64,000 nt of DNA from Cyanophora paradoxa CCMP329 (Eukaryota > Plantae > Glaucophyta): assembly GCA_004431415.1 (NCBI GenBank), contig QPMI01000005.1, positions 620,001 to 684,000 on the forward strand, in the 5' to 3' direction. How positions within the stretch are numbered: the stretch's first letter is position 1; each line of letters starts with the position of its first letter. This document shows, piece after piece, positions 61,575-64,000 of this stretch. Made by a program: the position numbers and the translations under genes. The notes under the pieces were generated by a model that saw only the letters and a program-made list of their open reading frames with translations, searched no databases and was not told where the DNA came from.

Positions 61575-64000
61575 CTAGACGAAGGCGTCGGGGCCGATGG
61601 CCGTGGCCCCTCCGACGCGCTCCCGCGAGTCCGGCTCGAACCGCGCCAGCAGCCACTGCGGTGAGAGTCGGGCGGGGCCGCGCCGGGCCGGCCCGGGCCG
61701 GGGCTGAGGGGGCGCGGAGGCGCACCTGCACGCCGGGGGCCGCCGCCTCGAGCCGCCGGGCCGCCGCCTCGAGGCCCAGCACCTCCCGCCCCGTCCTGCG
61801 GGCCGGGCGCGTCAGGGCGGGCGGGCGCTGGGGCGGGCGGGGACTCCGGAAGGGCGCGCGGCGGAGTGGAAGCGGCGCTCACGGCCGAAGACGGCGGAGA
61901 GGAGGCGCGGGCAGGCGGCGGCGAGGCGCGCCAGGGTCGGGAGGGAGAGGGCGGGGGGCGGGTCCGGGCCCTCGCCCCCCGGGCGCGGCGGCGGCAGGAG
62001 GCACGGGCGCGAGAGCTCGAGCCGCTCGAGCCGCCGGCTGCCCGCCGCCAGCGACTCCACCAGCGCGTCCCCCGCCTGCGAACGAAGGTTAGGCTCAGAG
62101 TGAAATTCTTAGAGATTCTAGCTTAGACGTTCTTCTTTGTGAGATTCTTTGACGTTCTAGCTTAGATCTTACGATTCTAAGAGCGTTCTAGCTTATAAGT
62201 TGATTTTAAGATTATGGATACTTAGGATCGGGGCGGGCCTGGTCGACGCGGAAGAGTTTGGCGACGCGCAGGCGCGGCATGCGGCGCGGGTCCAGCGCCG
62301 TCCCTGCCCCCCCGTCAGGCCCCGGGGGGTACGGGGTACAGGGCCGGGAGGGGGGTACGGGCGCACCGAGGTCGCCGAGGGCGCCGCTCGCGTTGAGGAG
62401 CTCGAGGGCGAGGGGCGGGCCCGGCGGGGCGGGCGGCGGCCAGGCGGGGGCCGGCGAGGGCCCCACGCGGCGGAAGGCGAGCGAGAGGGACCGCAGCCGC
62501 GGGCAAGAGGCGAGGAGGGCCCGCAGCGCCGGCGCCAGGTCCGCAGAGGCCGCCGCCGGCGCCGACGGGTCGCCGAAGGGGTCGGCCGGGCCGAAGGGGC
62601 CGAAGGGCGGCCCGCCGGTGACGCCGGGCGGCAGGCGGCACGCGTAGCGGTCGAGGGTCAGCTCCTCGAGCCGCGGGCAGCACGCCGCCACCGCCGCCAC
62701 CGCCCCGGCCCCCGCCCCGGGGCACTGCGATCAGGCGAAGCGCGTGGTCGGGAGGGTACGGGCGGAGGCGCGGAAGGGGTACGCGCGCACGTCGGTGAGG
62801 TCGAGGCGGGTGAGGTTCGGGAGCCGCGCGGCCGCCGCAGCGACGAACGCGTCCGTCGCCCACGGGCACTGCGGCGGGTGGGGGGTACGGTGTTCGACGA
62901 TCGGGGGACGGGAGAAGCGGGGCGGGGTACGCACGTCCTCGAGGGCGAGGGACTGGAGCGTCGGGGGCAGCGCGGCGGCGGCGGCGGCCTCGGCGCCCGG
63001 CGGGGCGGCCTCGGCGAAGGGCGCCGGGCACGAGGAGAGGTCGAGGGAGCGCAGCGGGGCCGGCGGGCCGCGAGGGCGGCGACGGCGCCGGCCGCGTCGA
63101 GCCGCCGGTTGAGCCCCGCGTCCAGCAGCGCGAGCCGCGGGCACCGCCCCAGCAGCGCCGCCAGCCCCGCGCCCCGCAGCAGCCCGCACCGCCGCGCGTG
63201 CAGCTCCCGCAGCGCGTACCCCCCCTCCGCGGGCGTACCCCAGTCCAGGCCCGCGTCCGTCACGTCCGTCCCGGATACGTTCAGCACCTGCGGGGGTACC
63301 GGGTCGGGAAGGAGGGGGTACGTGGTGCGGGGGGTACGGGACCTGGAGGAGGGGTAGGCCCGAGCCGATGGCGCGGACGGCTTCGTCCGAGATGCGGCAG
63401 TACGACACATGCAGCGCCGTCAGCGACGGCGCCAGCGCCGGGATCCGCGCCAGGTCCTGGGGGTACCGGATCAGGGGCCAGGATGGGCGCGGCGGGGGCC
63501 GGCGGGGCGCACGGCGGGGTCGAGCCCGCGGCAGCCCGAGAGGACGAGGAGGGAGAGGCGCGGGCAGGCGGCGACCGCCTCCAGCCCCGGCCGCGTCAGC
63601 CACCCGCACCTGAAGAGCCTGCGGGGGCGGCTGGTCGGGAGGAGGAGAGAGGCGAGAGATTGGGGGAGAGGGGGTACGGGCGGACCGCAGCTCGAGCAGC
63701 CCGGCGCAGCAGCTGCGGGGCCGGCGTGAGCGGGGCGAAGGTGGGAGGGGCGGGCGGGGCGCGCACCGCTGGAGCATGTGCCCCAGGTCCTCGTCCATGA
63801 TGCAGCGTACCCCTCCAAGGTTGAGGGCGCAGAGCGGGGGCCCCCGGTCCGCCACTGCCCGCAGCCCGAGCCCTGTCACCTCCTTGCTCCTGGGCGGGCG
63901 TTGGGGGCGGGCCGGCGGGAGGGCGCTCGCGGCGGAGCGGAAGGGCGGACCAGAAGAGGTTCAGGCGCCGCAGCCGCGGGCCGCAGAGCGCCGCGAGGGA
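61575..64000 (-). CDS. Cys-containing LRR gene copy D (5' end beyond the window)
   Basis: Same LRR exons. Stop at 61575-61577 lies 14196 bp from the stop of copy C; one apparent C-run indel is shared with C. Confidence 0.7.

Overview
GC-rich, very intron-dense eukaryotic DNA (short GT/GC-AG introns; protist- or alga-like, species not determinable from sequence alone). The window is dominated by a cluster of NLR-like STAND genes. Each gene reads: N-acylation motif MGCGCSK, ARM-like helical domain, NACHT-type NTPase with an altered Walker A, pentapeptide repeat, then 14 WD40 repeats each on its own phase-0 exon. There are three full copies: A (7467-16554, minus), B (36232-45812, plus) and C (50689-60182, plus). 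Each sits head-to-head with a Cys-containing (RNI/FBXL-like) LRR gene or remnant. A fourth LRR copy runs off the right end, so the ~14.2-14.5 kb cassette probably repeats again beyond the window. The paralogues are nearly identical in the NTPase but diverge at predicted top-face WD40 residues. Also present: the 3' part of a cyclic-nucleotide-gated-type channel gene, a probably GPI-anchored surface protein, a CBM20/coiled-coil gene head-to-head with a CUE-domain gene, a nest of MITE-like iterated-motif DNA and a C-rich minisatellite. No rRNA, tRNA or CRISPR seen. Exon models are manual and approximate.
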